From: Octopus bimaculoides
Lineage: Eukaryota
Assembly (NCBI RefSeq): GCF_001194135.2
Contig: NC_068981.1
Location: 107,277,474 to 107,315,308 of the forward strand
Direction of reading: 5' to 3'
Length of the DNA: 37,835 bases
Shown here one piece after another: positions 10,926-23,228 of the stretch. The position numbers and the translations under genes were made by a program. The notes beneath the pieces were generated by a model. It had not been told where the DNA came from, ran no database searches, and worked only from the letters and a program-made list of their open reading frames with translations. Each line of letters starts with the position of its first letter. Within the stretch, counting starts at the first letter, position 1.

Positions 10926-13900
10926 ATGTGTGTATGTTTATTAATTTGTATGTATGTACATACATGTGTTTGTATATCTATATATACTGAGAGAAAGAGA
11001 GATACTTATATGTGTACACAATTATATATATATGCATGCACACATAAACACACAGTCACATATAAATACATATAATATCACACAAATATAAATGCACACA
11101 CACACACACACACACACACGCTCATTTATAATTTGCTGTTTTTGTCATAATAAAACAGACATGCTGAATGTTATCTAGTCTTAGAAGTCTGTGTGTAAAA
11201 TTTACAGGATTAAAAAGTTACTTCTCAATATACTTTTGAATACAGTCCACCATAGTATATCTTACAATTATCTTATGGTCAAGTTTTTTAATCTTATTTA
11301 CGTTACACATATGCACATGTGTGCATGTATGAGAAATAACATTTATATATATAAGTAAAATCTGTGTCTGAGAAAACTTTTGGTAGTGTATGTTAGTGAA
11401 AATTACTGATGTTCATAAGTTTGGATAATTTCATATGCTGTGGGGAGAAGAAGAATTTGACATCTTAGAACTGGACTTCATCTGAGAGAAATAAATTAAA
11501 AACGCTTTAGTTTTACTCACAATGAACAAATCTAAACCTGCAGATTTCTTTTTTCCACATGACATATGTACTTAGTTTAAATTATGAACTTTACTGGAAC
11601 AGCATGTCAGTGTGTGTATATACACACACATACAAACAACCATATATAGTTTAGATTAATCCAACTAGAAAGATAGTAACTGATATAGTAGCCTTACAGT
11701 TCTTCACACATGAAGCTGTTAGATGACTCTTTACTGGTTGTCTCCCCATTTACTACTATGAGAAGCTTGGAGTATTGATGCTGTGAAGTTTTACAGTTCT
11801 AACATATCACACATACACACACAAAACACTCGGTAAGTCACAATAAATAATTCAGTATGAATAAAGACTGAGCTGTCATGGTAATGAAATGGTTTTTTTT
11901 TTTTTAGCAATGAGTAGTTGTCATTGAATCACTATAACATCATTACTGGAATTAAGGTATAAAGAGAGTCCTGTGTGAATTCTACACAGGGTAGCAACAA
12001 CACTGCATTTACTATAGGGATTAAATCTGTTTGTGTGAAAAAATAAATACTGAATATTTCCTGTGCATGAGCTGTTTGTGAATTTCGTATTTAACCATCT
12101 GAAATGACATGTAAACAATTGGAATAACTGGAATACTTGTGGCATCATATACACTGATGAATTGTGCCACAATCACATGCACACTATATGACATGCTCTG
12201 GGAATAAAGAAAAGTAAAAAGAGGTAAAACAAGTAACATATAGTGATTACACAACCAGTTAAAATAGACTATAGTTGCCAAATGAAAGTTTTAAGTAAAA
12301 GCAATGCTAATAACTAATTATGCAGATAGTTGATGAGATTAATAAAACAAATGTTTTTCATATGTTTATTCTATGAAGATAAAAAACAAAGTATTACTTT
12401 AAAAAAAAAGTGAAACAATGAGATTTAATAAAAAATCAACTGTTTTGGCTCACTGGATTAGACAAATGCAGCAGTAACACTAGAATTATTTTCTTTTTGA
12501 TAATTTCTTTGGATATATTTGAAGAATGCAGCTGTTTTAAGCTGTTTTATTATTATTATTGTCAAATATTCAAAAGTAATTATCATACATAATGAATTTA
12601 TTAATATCACATCTTTCTCTTGTGATGACTAATTCAAAATGTGATCATTAAAAGATGTTAATTTGGCTTTATATAACACTGCAATTATGTAGAAAGTATC
12701 CCAGAAATAAAAGAGAAAATGTCAATATCACATTTAAGAGATTTTAACTAAATGCAATTTTAAGTCATTTTATCTGGTTGCAAATGAACAGTAAAATTCA
12801 TACATTTTTAAAAATATTTTTTTGTTTTTAAATAAACAATACTTATAATACAAGTCAAAGAAAAACAAAACAATATTATTCTAGAATAAGCAGGTTTTAA
12901 ATAACTAGAGGAACAGTTATCTAAAATAACAATAATTCGTTCAACCTGGCATAAAAGCCATAGGCAAGTAGAGTTAGGTGTCTTGCCTTGATACACAATG
13001 TAATGTTTGAAGTGAGATACAAATTAATGAATAACGCATGAATCAAAGAAAATTTGTATCTTATCTGTTCAACCATTGCATCTCACATCTGAAAACAACA
13101 AAATATTGGGGTAACAGTAAAATGTTTACTGTAATCCAATAAAAAGAAATTAAGCTAGATTATTAATTATCTAAATTCCAGTATGTTCAACAACTTATTT
13201 TCACTTTCGAAAAAAGTTAACTGAAACATTTCAAGTTAAGTTAATAATTATATTTAAATAAATCAAAATACATTTTTAAAATTAAATGGGTAGATTTTTT
13301 CAGTTTCAATAAACTATTTAAAAAATATATTTTGTGAAAAGTTCTAAGCTTGTCTGATTTAAAATTAGCAACATAGTTGTTAAATTTCCCAACTGGGAAA
13401 TATATGATCAGTTCATGAAATTTGTAATCAGTTAAGAGATACGTATAATTGCATTTAATAACAATTTAAAAGATGTAAGGCTGATGTGAAAATTAAAATT
13501 ACTTGATAAATCTTATGCAAAAAAATATGTACATATAAAACATATGCAAAATTAAAAAAAAAAATCAAAATATGTCTTACATAGGCACAAGCCACATATA
13601 TATGGGAGAAGGGATGTTGTGATGTTGATGCTTTTCTCAAAGACATAATATCAAATGGTGTCAACCAAAAATTTTAACTAAATTGAGGGCTTAGTTTGCC
13701 AGGAGCTTATCTCTTACTCTATAACACTCATCCAAATTTTAAATATTGATTTCCTACTTAGACACACAGCCACAAATTTGTAGAGGAAAAGAATGAGATT
13801 GTGAGATGTACATGCTTTTCTCAAGGACATTTGCAGCTTCAGATGAGAACTGAAACCAGCTGTCGACTTGGCTAATAATAAACTGTGAATAATAAAGGAA

Positions 13901-14505
13901 CATAAGTTACCTTTTTATCTTATGCTGAGTATTGCTATAAAAATTAACATGAAAATTTTAAATGTAGATACTGAACTAGTTTAATTTCATGTGATAATTT
14001 AATGATATGTAATTGTATAAAAAAAGAAATACTGACAGGATTTCCACCAAGTCGAAAAACTGATACATCCTTCGTGTCCAACTGTCTCCATGTATAATGG
14101 ACGGTTACTAGAGCTAGTAGACATTTTATCTGCACGGCACTGACTTTCTATACTTAACTGAGATTAAACAAGAAATAGTTAACACATTTCTAGATGATAC
14201 AAAATTAAAATGATGGGATAATAAAAACTAACAAATTACAGTGACTTCCCAGGAAAGCAATCACTCACAGAATGGTGGAATTCATAACAATGTTTAAAAA
14301 AAAAATAGTTTTTACAAATATGTTTTATAATCAGATATTTTAAAAGCTTACATACACATGCACAAAATATTGGATGGGTTAAATGTAAAGCATATATAAG
14401 TTTTTCCTAGAAAAAATGATTTTTAAAGTTAAAATGACATACAAAATACTTCATTAGAAAGCACTGTTTTCCATCAATATATTATTGAAAATTTTCAATT
14501 ATTTT

Positions 14506-14507
<2 letters not shown>

Positions 14508-14551
<44 letters not shown>
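14508..14551 (-). repeat. 44-nt homopolymer (A44 in the alpha2delta sense strand)
   Basis: Uninterrupted T run on +, ~680 nt downstream of the alpha2delta stop. Confidence 0.95.
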
Positions 14552-14552
<1 letters not shown>

Positions 14553-15230
14553 TATGAAGAAAACTAAAAAATACAACTTTCATTAAATAATGAAGGCTGG
14601 TTATTAGCAACTTAAATTTGCACTTTCTTAATTTTGATATTCAATCCACTGAGGTCATGAGTTTTAATGAAAATTTTATCACTGCAAACAGTGGAATGGA
14701 ATAAATTGGAGATAGATTTTTTTTTTTTTTTAAACCATGAGAAAATAAACTTGTTAGGAAGAGTAAAAACTTTCAATTAATTTGTATATAAAATTTAAAT
14801 AAAAAATAGTTTTATCCCCCATCCTGAAATTCACCAATTGAACAACAAAAAAATAACAAAAAATGGGGGAGAGAGGGAGTAAGAAACAAAAAAGAAATTA
14901 AAAAATTCAGAGGAAAAGATATAAAATACTATATAATTTGTTATGTACTAGAAAGAATCCGTAATTGCCAGTTTTTTGTTTTTTGTTTGATTTCTTGCAA
15001 ACTTATAAAAACTTAGTAATTAGAACAACATATTTTATTAATACTGTGGTAAAAAAAAAAAATGATTCAATTCATAATTAAATGAAAACATTTTTTTTCA
15101 ATTAGATTGTAGATCTGGCCTCTCAAGAGGTTTGTATATGCAACAAATATGTTATTGTGGTGTACAAAGACAAAATCATTGGGTAGTAAAGAATGGGATG
15201 GGTGTTTGTATCATAATATGTAATCTGTTA

Positions 15231-15335
15231 TCAACTATCACTTAAATAAACACACAAGCGAAGCAGAAAGAGGGCTGTCAACAGAACGAAATAAGATGGA
15301 AGATTGGCTGAACCACTACATTTCTTATCATCTTC
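15231..15335 (-). CDS. CACNA2D: alpha2delta terminal coding exon with GPI-signal-like tail
   Basis: ttattttgcag|. EDDKKCSGSANLPSYFVLLTALFLLRLCVYLSDS*. The small-residue site CSG plus a hydrophobic tail corresponds to vertebrate EDYTDCGG plus GPI signal. Confidence 0.93.
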   Translation of the reverse strand, partial: EDDKKCSGSANLPSYFVLLTALFLLRLCVYLSDS

Positions 15336-15920
15336 CTGCAAAATAAAAAAGAGAAGATATAGAACAGTGAAACTATATTCTTGGCAAAATGAAATAAATT
15401 TAGATTGACACACTGCTTTTTAGAAGCCATTAAAATAAAGACTAAGATTAATATTAGACTACCCCAGCCACCTTTCATACTTGTAGATTTTTTCTCCAAA
15501 CAACAAGTGCATAAAACTACATGCAATTTATCTACAATATCTTGGTCTGGGCTTGAAATTTTACTCATTTACCAGTGTGAGTTAATGTATGCTGTATGTA
15601 GAGTGGGTTGGTCATGTCACTACTCAGTCTATATGAACATCACCGTTGTTGATGAAATCACACACACACAAACAAAAACGACAAGAAGAATTCAATTCTG
15701 CTAAAAGATATTCTTGCTGTGATATTCAACTTCATGAATTTATATATACATGCCTTCTTCATACTCTACTAAACTTAATTTCTATTAGATGCTGCATATA
15801 CTGTCAGTTATTCAATGAAACTAGGAGGCAAAAAAAAGGAAGACTAATTTATTATTCATTAAGCACTCAACTTTCTCAGATAAAATGTTTGATAATTAGG
15901 CTATTATGTATGATGTGTAT

Positions 15921-16260
15921 CATTATCATCATCATCATAATTTAATGTCAGTGTTCCATGCTAGCATGGGTGGGACGGTACCACAAGAACCAGCCAGGCC
16001 TAAGCCTGCACCAGTCTTCTGTGACTGCTTTGGCAGAATTTTTACAGCTAGATGTCCTTCCTAACACCAACCACTTAGCAGAGTGGACTTAGTGCTTTTT
16101 ATGTGGCACAAGCACAGGTGAGGTCAGTTTTAGCTGGATGTCCTTCCGAACACCAACCACTTTACAGTGCGGACTGGGTGCTTTTAAGTGGCATCTGCAC
16201 TGACAGGGTTACCAAGTACTTGCAAGACAAAAACTTTTAAGAGAGGAAGAGTTATTGGGG
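15921..16260 (-). mobile_element. RTE-tailed SINE with internal duplication
   Basis: (CAT)n tail on +, then ccatgctagcatggg. The segment gatgtccttcc.aacaccaaccact...gtgcttt occurs twice. Confidence 0.8.
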
Positions 16261-17038
16261 GAGATGATTATGAAAAGATTATAGTGAGACAAATATAGGC
16301 ATCTTACTGAAGAAGAAGTACAACTGAATTTAGAATAATCTGTGAGAAATCAAAATAATACTAAGACTGATTCAGAGAAAGTTGCATATGTTAAAGAAGT
16401 TAGATCAAAAGAAATAATTAAATATAATTGCATTTGATGTTTTAAAAGGGAGAATTATTAGAACATCAAACAAAATGCTTTACAGTATATGTTCTGGCTT
16501 TTTACATTCTAAGTTAAATCCTGCTGTGCTTAAACTCTACCTTTCATCTTTCATGGGGAAAGGCTCAATAAAATAAAACACAGTTAAATTCTAGATGCAG
16601 ACTTCTCTCTCTTCTGCTTGTCATATCTTAAATATTTCATCAAGTCAAGAGTGGGAGGATCAAGAGGGAATGCTCCTAACATTAGGGGTACCTAAAAACA
16701 TTAGCAAGAAGCATAGTGCATGCTGATACCAAGTCATACCTGATTGTGACAGCTGTATTTTTAGATATATATAGTGACATTGTTCTAAAATTGCTGAACA
16801 GTTCCTGCACTAATTTTTATTATTCAATTATTTCAAACCCAAACTGATGTGTCAATAGCATTCAATTTAACTGATGTGTAAAGTAATGATATACTTGTAA
16901 AAATATTTTTTATGGTGCTGTTACACAGTGATGATAAATTCTACAAATTTAACTGATTTCAATAAATTACTATAACTAAATATACAACACAAATTTTTGA
17001 TCAATGGAAGAGAAAATAAATAAAAGAAATGAACTTAC

Positions 17039-17112
17039 TCTTGCATCATATTTGTAGCATTCTCCAGGGCGTTTTCTATACCTTGGCTGTGACTCACAGA
17101 AATTTGGCTTCA
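17039..17112 (-). CDS. CACNA2D: alpha2delta exon
   Basis: attaacag| ... |gtaagt. VKPNFCESQPRYRKRPGECYKYDAR, carrying the conserved PRYRK.P..C motif. Confidence 0.95.
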
Positions 17113-17508
17113 CTGTTAATATAAGATAAAATGTTAATATTCACATATGTAGGTACAGGAACATAATGAACTTAATCATTAAATATGCATGAATAGTAAG
17201 AAAGAGAGCAAAATTCATAAGGGGAACACATTCAGAATATAATAGTAGTGAGAATAATAGTGAAACTTGATTCTGCTTGAGAATTACATTAAAGATGCAA
17301 GTGTTACAAGGAATGTAACATCCTTATTCACCTTATTCGGTGAACGGAGAGTATAGTTGAATGAACAACTGAATACTTAGTGGAATTGACAGACATCCAT
17401 TTACTTTCAGCATGTATATGTATGTACATACATACATACATACACACACATACAAGCAAGTCACAAAACTAAGTTGCATGGAGCTGATTCAAGCTGTTTT
17501 AAATAATA

Positions 17509-17731
17509 ATATTGGTTTAAAATTTTGGCACAAAGCCAGCAATTTCAAGAGAGGGAGAAAGTTGATTACATCAACTCCAGTACTCAACTGGTACTTACTT
17601 ATTTTATTGACCTCAAAAGGATGAAAGGCAAAACTGACCTTGGCAGTATTTGAACTCAGAATGTCAAGACGGACAAAATGCTGTCAAGCATTTCATTCAG
17701 CATGCTGACAATTCTGCCAGCTCACTGCCTT
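17509..17731 (-). mobile_element. tRNA-derived CORE-like SINE
   Basis: On the minus strand, head aaggcagtgagctggcagaat, B-box gagttcaaatac and CORE-like ctttcatccttt..ggtcaataaaataagtac. Confidence 0.82.
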
Positions 17732-17745
17732 AATAATAATAATAG

Positions 17746-17789
<44 letters not shown>

Positions 17790-18201
17790 GTGTGTGTATG
17801 TGTGTGTAAAGGAATGAGTATGTACATATTGGTATATAAGAATATGTATATGTGTGCGTATGTATATGTGTATGTGAAGGTTTGACAGGCAGATGTCCAA
17901 ACAGACAGATACAAGAATGAGGCACTTAGTTTCTTTGAATGATGAAATGGTGCTATGTAAATTACTTGAGTTGACTTAGAATTATTTTAATAATTTTCAA
18001 TACATGTATTACTATTATTGGTATATCAATTATTACTATTCTTTATTACAATTCACGAAATACTGTTTGGTAAGATCAATAATGATGTTTTATTTCAACA
18101 ACCATAGGCTAAACATGTACATTGTTGTGACAATACATATTGCATATTATACCACAAAATGAAATATAAGAGGAACCAACATAAATATCTGGAATGCCTA
18201 C

Positions 18202-18308
18202 CTTCTTCAGGCTCTTGATTAATTTCTGTATATGAGCATTCATTACACTCAAGTTCAGTAACTACAAGTACCAAGTTACTATACATCAAACGAACAACTC
18301 TAAACTCC
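18202..18308 (-). CDS. CACNA2D: alpha2delta exon
   Basis: aaattatag| ... |gtaggc. REFRVVRLMYSNLVLVVTELECNECSYTEINQEPEE, comparable to [26 protein letters not shown]. Confidence 0.94.
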
Positions 18309-18369
18309 CTATAATTTAGAAAAGAAAATAACAATGCAATGACCTTGGCAGACAACAAAATAATAATAA

Positions 18370-18577
18370 TCTTTTCTACTGTGGGTATAAGACCTAAAAC
18401 TTTTGGAGGAAGGGTCAAGTCAATTACATTGACCCAGTACTCAACTGGTACATATTTTATCTGAAAGGATGAAAGGCAAAGTTGACCTCAGCAGAATTTA
18501 AACTCAGAACATAAAGCTGAAAGGAATGCCACTAAGCATTTTATCCAGTGTGCTAACAATTCTACCTGCTTGCCACT

Positions 18578-18619
<42 letters not shown>

Positions 18620-18775
18620 GTCCTTTCTACTATAGGCACAAGACTTGAAAATTTCATCAATCCCAAAAGGATGAAAGGCAAATTAGTGGGAATTTGAACT
18701 CAGAATGCAAAAACCAACGAAATGCTGCTAAGTATTTTGCCTGGCGTGCTAACGATTCTGCCAGCTTGCAACCTT
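18370..18775 (-). mobile_element. Two tandem CORE-like SINE copies (18370-18579; 18620-18775, internally deleted) separated by an (AAT)n tail
   Basis: Each contains ggatgaaaggcaaa...gaatttgaactcagaa...gctaac.attct.cc.gct. Confidence 0.8.
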
Positions 18776-18799
18776 CTAACACGACAAGAAGTGCCATCA

Positions 18800-20750
18800 A
18801 ACTTTTGCACATCACAAAAACAATTTGTGCATAGAAAGACATTCAACTTCCCCAAGGATGCAAAGAAATGCTCATACTGCTAGCCCTGTGGTTTAATTAT
18901 GATGTTCAGCATGATGTTATTATCTGCCAGTATTGTCTGGAAGGAGTTCAGCATAATAGAATTACAACACCTCAGGAAACTGCCTTGTTGACCTGTGTAC
19001 GAAACTGGGGCAACATTACAGGAAAAATTACTGCACATTAGATGTTCTGATCACAACATGAAAGCAGTTAGCACTTTGGGCCAAAGTCAGACATATCCAT
19101 GACTCTGAATAAGCAACCAATTTAGTGACAAGAAGTAACCTAGCAAGCAATGAAATTTTTTATTTAGCGTCAGATTCTGTGGTAGGCAAAGCCTAGCATT
19201 ACAAGGGCATGAACATGACAGAAAACTTCATATAAAAGAACTTGCCAAAAAATGCAGTGCAGAAGTAAGTCAGTGGCTTAAAAGGTGAAATAATTTCCTA
19301 TCTGATACCATACAAAATTAAATCCTACAGGCATATGCTCATAACATCCTGCAGGAAGTAAAAAAAAATTAGATGAAGATTCTATGTTTATTTGTATTAT
19401 ATATGATGGCACCACTTATTGCTATGGCATGAAACAAGAATAAAACATTGTCCATTATGTTTCTGAAGTTCTGGATGCATACAAAGATTTTTTTAAATTT
19501 TTATAATCCTCCTGGCTGCTCTTTGGAGACACTAAGGTTTTTCTGGGTGAGTTGTGCTGCCTAAATATCTTGCTCAAAATTATGCTGCTTTTCATTTGAT
19601 GGTGCAAATACCTTGAGTGGAAACATTTCAGGCATACAAAAGAGGTTAAAGACATGTTTCCCGGCACATATTTTGTACATTATGGAAACCACTCTTTGGA
19701 CTTTGTCCTCCAAGAAGTTGGCTTCTATGCTTGCCATTGTAGTTGATGCACTGAACTTTGTTTACCAATGTGCCATTCTTCTGAGAGAGTCACCAAAAAG
19801 AAAAGTGACGCAATGGACAAACCTTTGTTGTGAGAAAGTCATGGTGCAATCCATGCATCCAACTTGTTGGTGCATTAGAGCAACAGCACTGAAACATAGA
19901 AAGCAACTATAAGAAGATGAAGGACATTTTGCTGGGGCTTCTGAATGATGCATTGCTAAGAGTAACAACAAAGTTCACTGTCAAATGACTGCTGAAACAA
20001 TCTGGCAAGCTTCCACTTTGGTATTATGGTGGTTGGGAATGCATGTGGAATATGTGAATCTGTGGCAAGTAGCTTCTAGTGTCCAGACACAACAGCCAGT
20101 GACTGCTTGAAGCTGATTGAGAAGTTGAAGAGCTCTCTTTCAAAAATGAGAAGTGAGAAAGTTTTCAAAAACTATTTCAGTGAGATATCCTCTGCTGCCT
20201 AACATTTTTCATTCCAAGAATACATCGTTGCATTTCAGACATTACAACTGCTGAAGATGGTGCTCTCGCTGTCATCAATGACTGGCATCAGTAATTTTTC
20301 AGCATCATTGATGTCAAAAATTAATTGAATCGCTGCTTTCAGCAAGAGGGAATGCACATATGCTCTGAGTGAGAGTACTTGCAGTTTTGACAGTCAGCTC
20401 TTGAGATGTTTGAGCTTGCAAATGCATACGTACCTTCATTTTACTAGCCCTCACTCATCACAAATCAAACTTACTGGCCTGTAGACAGAAAAAGAAACTT
20501 TGCCCAAATAATTGCCTGACATTGTTGAAAAATGGAGAGCTTTTGACGTTGTTATTCATTCTGGAAAGTGTTGATGTTAATGCAGCTTATTCTGTCTTGT
20601 ACATATGGAAACGTTTTTCAAATCATTACAAAAAATTTTCTGCTCTCATTCTGGCAATGAAACTTTCCATGAGGATGTGCAAAGCATTTTCATTGCACAA
20701 GTTTTTATGCACATGCATTATGGCACAGTGTGTTAGACTATTTACATTTA
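18800..20750 (+). mobile_element. Fossil hAT transposase, ZMYM1/TTF-zinc-finger type, near full length
   Basis: Remnants in the expected order: FPKDAK..WFNYDVQHDVIICQYC..NWGN (TTF-like N-terminus), CIIYDGTT (first catalytic D), SFDGANTLSGNISGIQKRLK..P.TYFVHYGNHSLDFVLQE (second D and CxxH region), and a C-terminal remnant near 20690-20740. Many stops and frameshifts; TIRs not seen. Confidence 0.82.
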
Positions 20751-20849
20751 GTCTGTCATGTTTATATACATGTCAAAACTATTTTGGTAGAATATTCAAT
20801 GTGTAAATAATTATTTTTTAATCTTCAGATCCTATTTTCTTCACCCATC

Positions 20850-21943
20850 ATTGTGGCTACTAATAAAAGAAAAGTAGATGCTGAGTGTTGTCTTTTCAAT
20901 GAAGAATGGGGAGAAAAATACTTCTTTAAACAACTGGAAAGCTAGTTGCATGACATGCAAAAATGTGTTGCTATTTTGAAAGAGTACAATCTTCAGCATC
21001 ACCACGAAGCAAATCATCTGTCAACATATTCAAAGTTTTCTGGAAAGTTGCGTTCTGAGAAATTTAAGTTAATGAAATGTAGTTTGGAATCTCAAAAGAA
21101 TCTCTTCACAAGAATGTTTGCTGAAAATGAATCTGAAACTTGTGCAAGTTACAAAATAGGGCATAAGATGGTAGAGCAGGGGAACCATTAACTGACGGCA
21201 ACTTCATCAAAGAGTGTATGATGGAAGCAGCAAATGACTTGAGTCCTGATAAAGCCAAATTGTTTGGAAGTATCAAGCTTTTTAACAAGTTCAGTTGTGT
21301 GGCGAATAGAAGAACCTGGAGAGAACATAGTGCTACTGAGAGTGACATTCTGTTCCAGAATCCATTTAATTGTAACCTTGATGATATGCCTTTTAAACTA
21401 CAGTTGGAGCTCATTGATTTGCAAGCAAATGACTTGTTGAAAGAGAAGCACAGAAAGAGAAAACTTGTTCAATTTTATCACTGCTTACCAGATGAGTTTT
21501 CACATTTGAAGAAATTTGCCTCTGGTGTGACATCAGTGTTTGGAACAATTTATGTCTGTGAGCAAATATTTTCAAAAGTGAAGTATGTGAGATCAGCTCA
21601 TCGAATGAAGTTGACTGATGAACATTTGAAAGCAATTCTCTTCATTGGATGCAGCAATTCCAAAGCAAATATTGATGATATCTTAAAAGCTAAACACTAG
21701 TTTCACAAATCTCACTAACCTTTTTTGCTGCTTAGCTTGTGAGATCCAGATATGTGCATACTGGGTGTGATATATCTTATTGTTAACATCCCTTTCTTTG
21801 ATAACTTTCTGGTAAATAAATATGTTGGCTGTCTTTATTTTTTGTGCATTCACTGTATTGAATTAAAAAGAATACTTATCCTGTTTGTGCTTGTCATTCT
21901 CTCAGTTATCTGGCCTGCAGTGAAAAAAGTTTGGTGACCCCTG
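20850..21943 (+). mobile_element. Internally deleted hAT element, Charlie/Buster clade (GTF2IRD2/EPM2AIP1-like transposase)
   Basis: KRKVDAECCLFNEEWGEKYFF..CMTC..ILKEYNLQHHHEANH..ASYKI..KPLTDGNFIKECMME joins directly to the C-terminal LQLELIDLQ..SVFGTIYVCEQIFSKVK..RMKLTDEHL. The right TIR aaaaaagtttggtgacccctg ends at 21943. The DDE core and left TIR are absent. Confidence 0.88.
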
Positions 21944-21964
21944 TCAAAAGTTACTAATATTCAA

Positions 21965-22260
21965 GGTATATGGTTAGGATGTTGGGCTCATAATCATTAG
22001 CTCACAACTTTAATTCTTGGATTGGGCAGCACATTGTATCCATGAGCAAGGTACTTCATTTCACACTGCTCCACTCCTTTCAGCATAAAATGAATACTAG
22101 TAGCAACTGGTATTCACTTGTATTGAGAGTACAAGAACCCCTAACTTCTTGAATAAGATGCCAGTCTCAAATATAAATAAATACTAGTGGCAGCTGGTAT
22201 TCATTTCCAATTGAGAGGATTACAATAGACTGGCATCCTGTTCAAGAGGTGGAGATCTTT
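21965..22260 (+). mobile_element. Rearranged tRNA-derived SINE
   Basis: tRNA-like head and tgagcaaggtacttcatttcac core, with internal direct (aatactagt.gca.ctggtattca) and inverted (gactggcatc) duplications. Confidence 0.6.
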
Positions 22261-22560
22261 TATTTTCAACTTTCCAAGGTCAAGTGCAGAATGTTGCTGC
22301 ATCCATAATTTGTTGGTATTTCCTTGGGCCATCTTTGACAATCCTCCAAGAAGTATCCTAATCAGTCCCTCCACGAGATACTTCCTCACCTAGACACCCA
22401 GAAAATCTGTATATGCTTTAAGTCTCATGAGCCTGAAGGTTTGAGCTAGACTTTTATATAGATAATCAAACTGAATTTATTCCATTTATGCAAAATCACA
22501 AACATTATGTTAACTTTCCACCCCTACAAGATGAAGACTTTATATATGAACATAATTTAC

Positions 22561-22678
22561 CTAGAACAATTTTCACATGGAACTATACCACTCATGGAGT
22601 TAAATGTACTACTTGGCCAATAATATTGTATTCGGTTCATTATACAGCTTTCTGATTCACTTTCCTCTTCTGCATAAG
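22561..22678 (-). CDS. CACNA2D: alpha2delta exon (start of delta peptide)
   Basis: tttttag| ... |gtaaat. AYAEEESESESCIMNRIQYYWPSSTFNSMSGIVPCENCS(R), comparable to EAVEMEDDD...QSCITEQTQYFF...SGVLDCGNCSR. Confidence 0.95.
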
Positions 22679-23228
22679 CTAAAAATATAACAAAAAAGTA
22701 AATACAAAAAATGTTCATAGGAAGCAAACACAAATGTAGTTTTGTCAAGTAAATATACTTTTAAAAGATTACGTACATTAGGAAAATACATGGTGGTTAT
22801 CTCACACAGGGAAAAATTTCACAGAAATATAATTTAGAAATACTCTACAACTATATTTTAATAAAAAAAATATTTGATGACATAAAAATATTCGGTGACA
22901 TACTGACATGGCCGGAAATGCAAACACTAAAATTGATATTTCTTGTCACCAAAATTGATATTTCTTTTCATATTTAGAATTGATTGTATATTTTGATAAA
23001 TTGCTTTAAAAAGTGGCTGACAAATTTTAGTTTGTTTACAAATGTTGATTCATTCAGATCTGTTATGTTCAAGCCATCCAGAAGATGGCTCAAGTTGCAC
23101 TTCATAAAATGCATATACAAAATAAATAAATATAGAGCAGTAAATAAACTTTTGCAGTTATTTTTCAAAATATTGTACAAATTTATATGATTACTAACAA
23201 CTTGGAACACTCTTAAATTCAATCTTAT

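Noticed and set aside
9525-10927. ORF-track proteins rich in Y/I/C/V/H
   Set aside because: They are translations of TA/TG/CA microsatellites, some spanning N gaps.
13105-13140. Short stem-loops (here, and at ~4672-4699, ~6199-6224, ~28993-29012)
   Set aside because: Stems of 8-15 bp in AT-rich DNA are expected by chance, and there is no supporting context.
20773-20780. tcaaaact as a possible left TSD matching tcaaaagt after the right hAT TIR
   Set aside because: It is not followed by a CAGGGG-type left TIR, so a 7/8 match is not sufficient.
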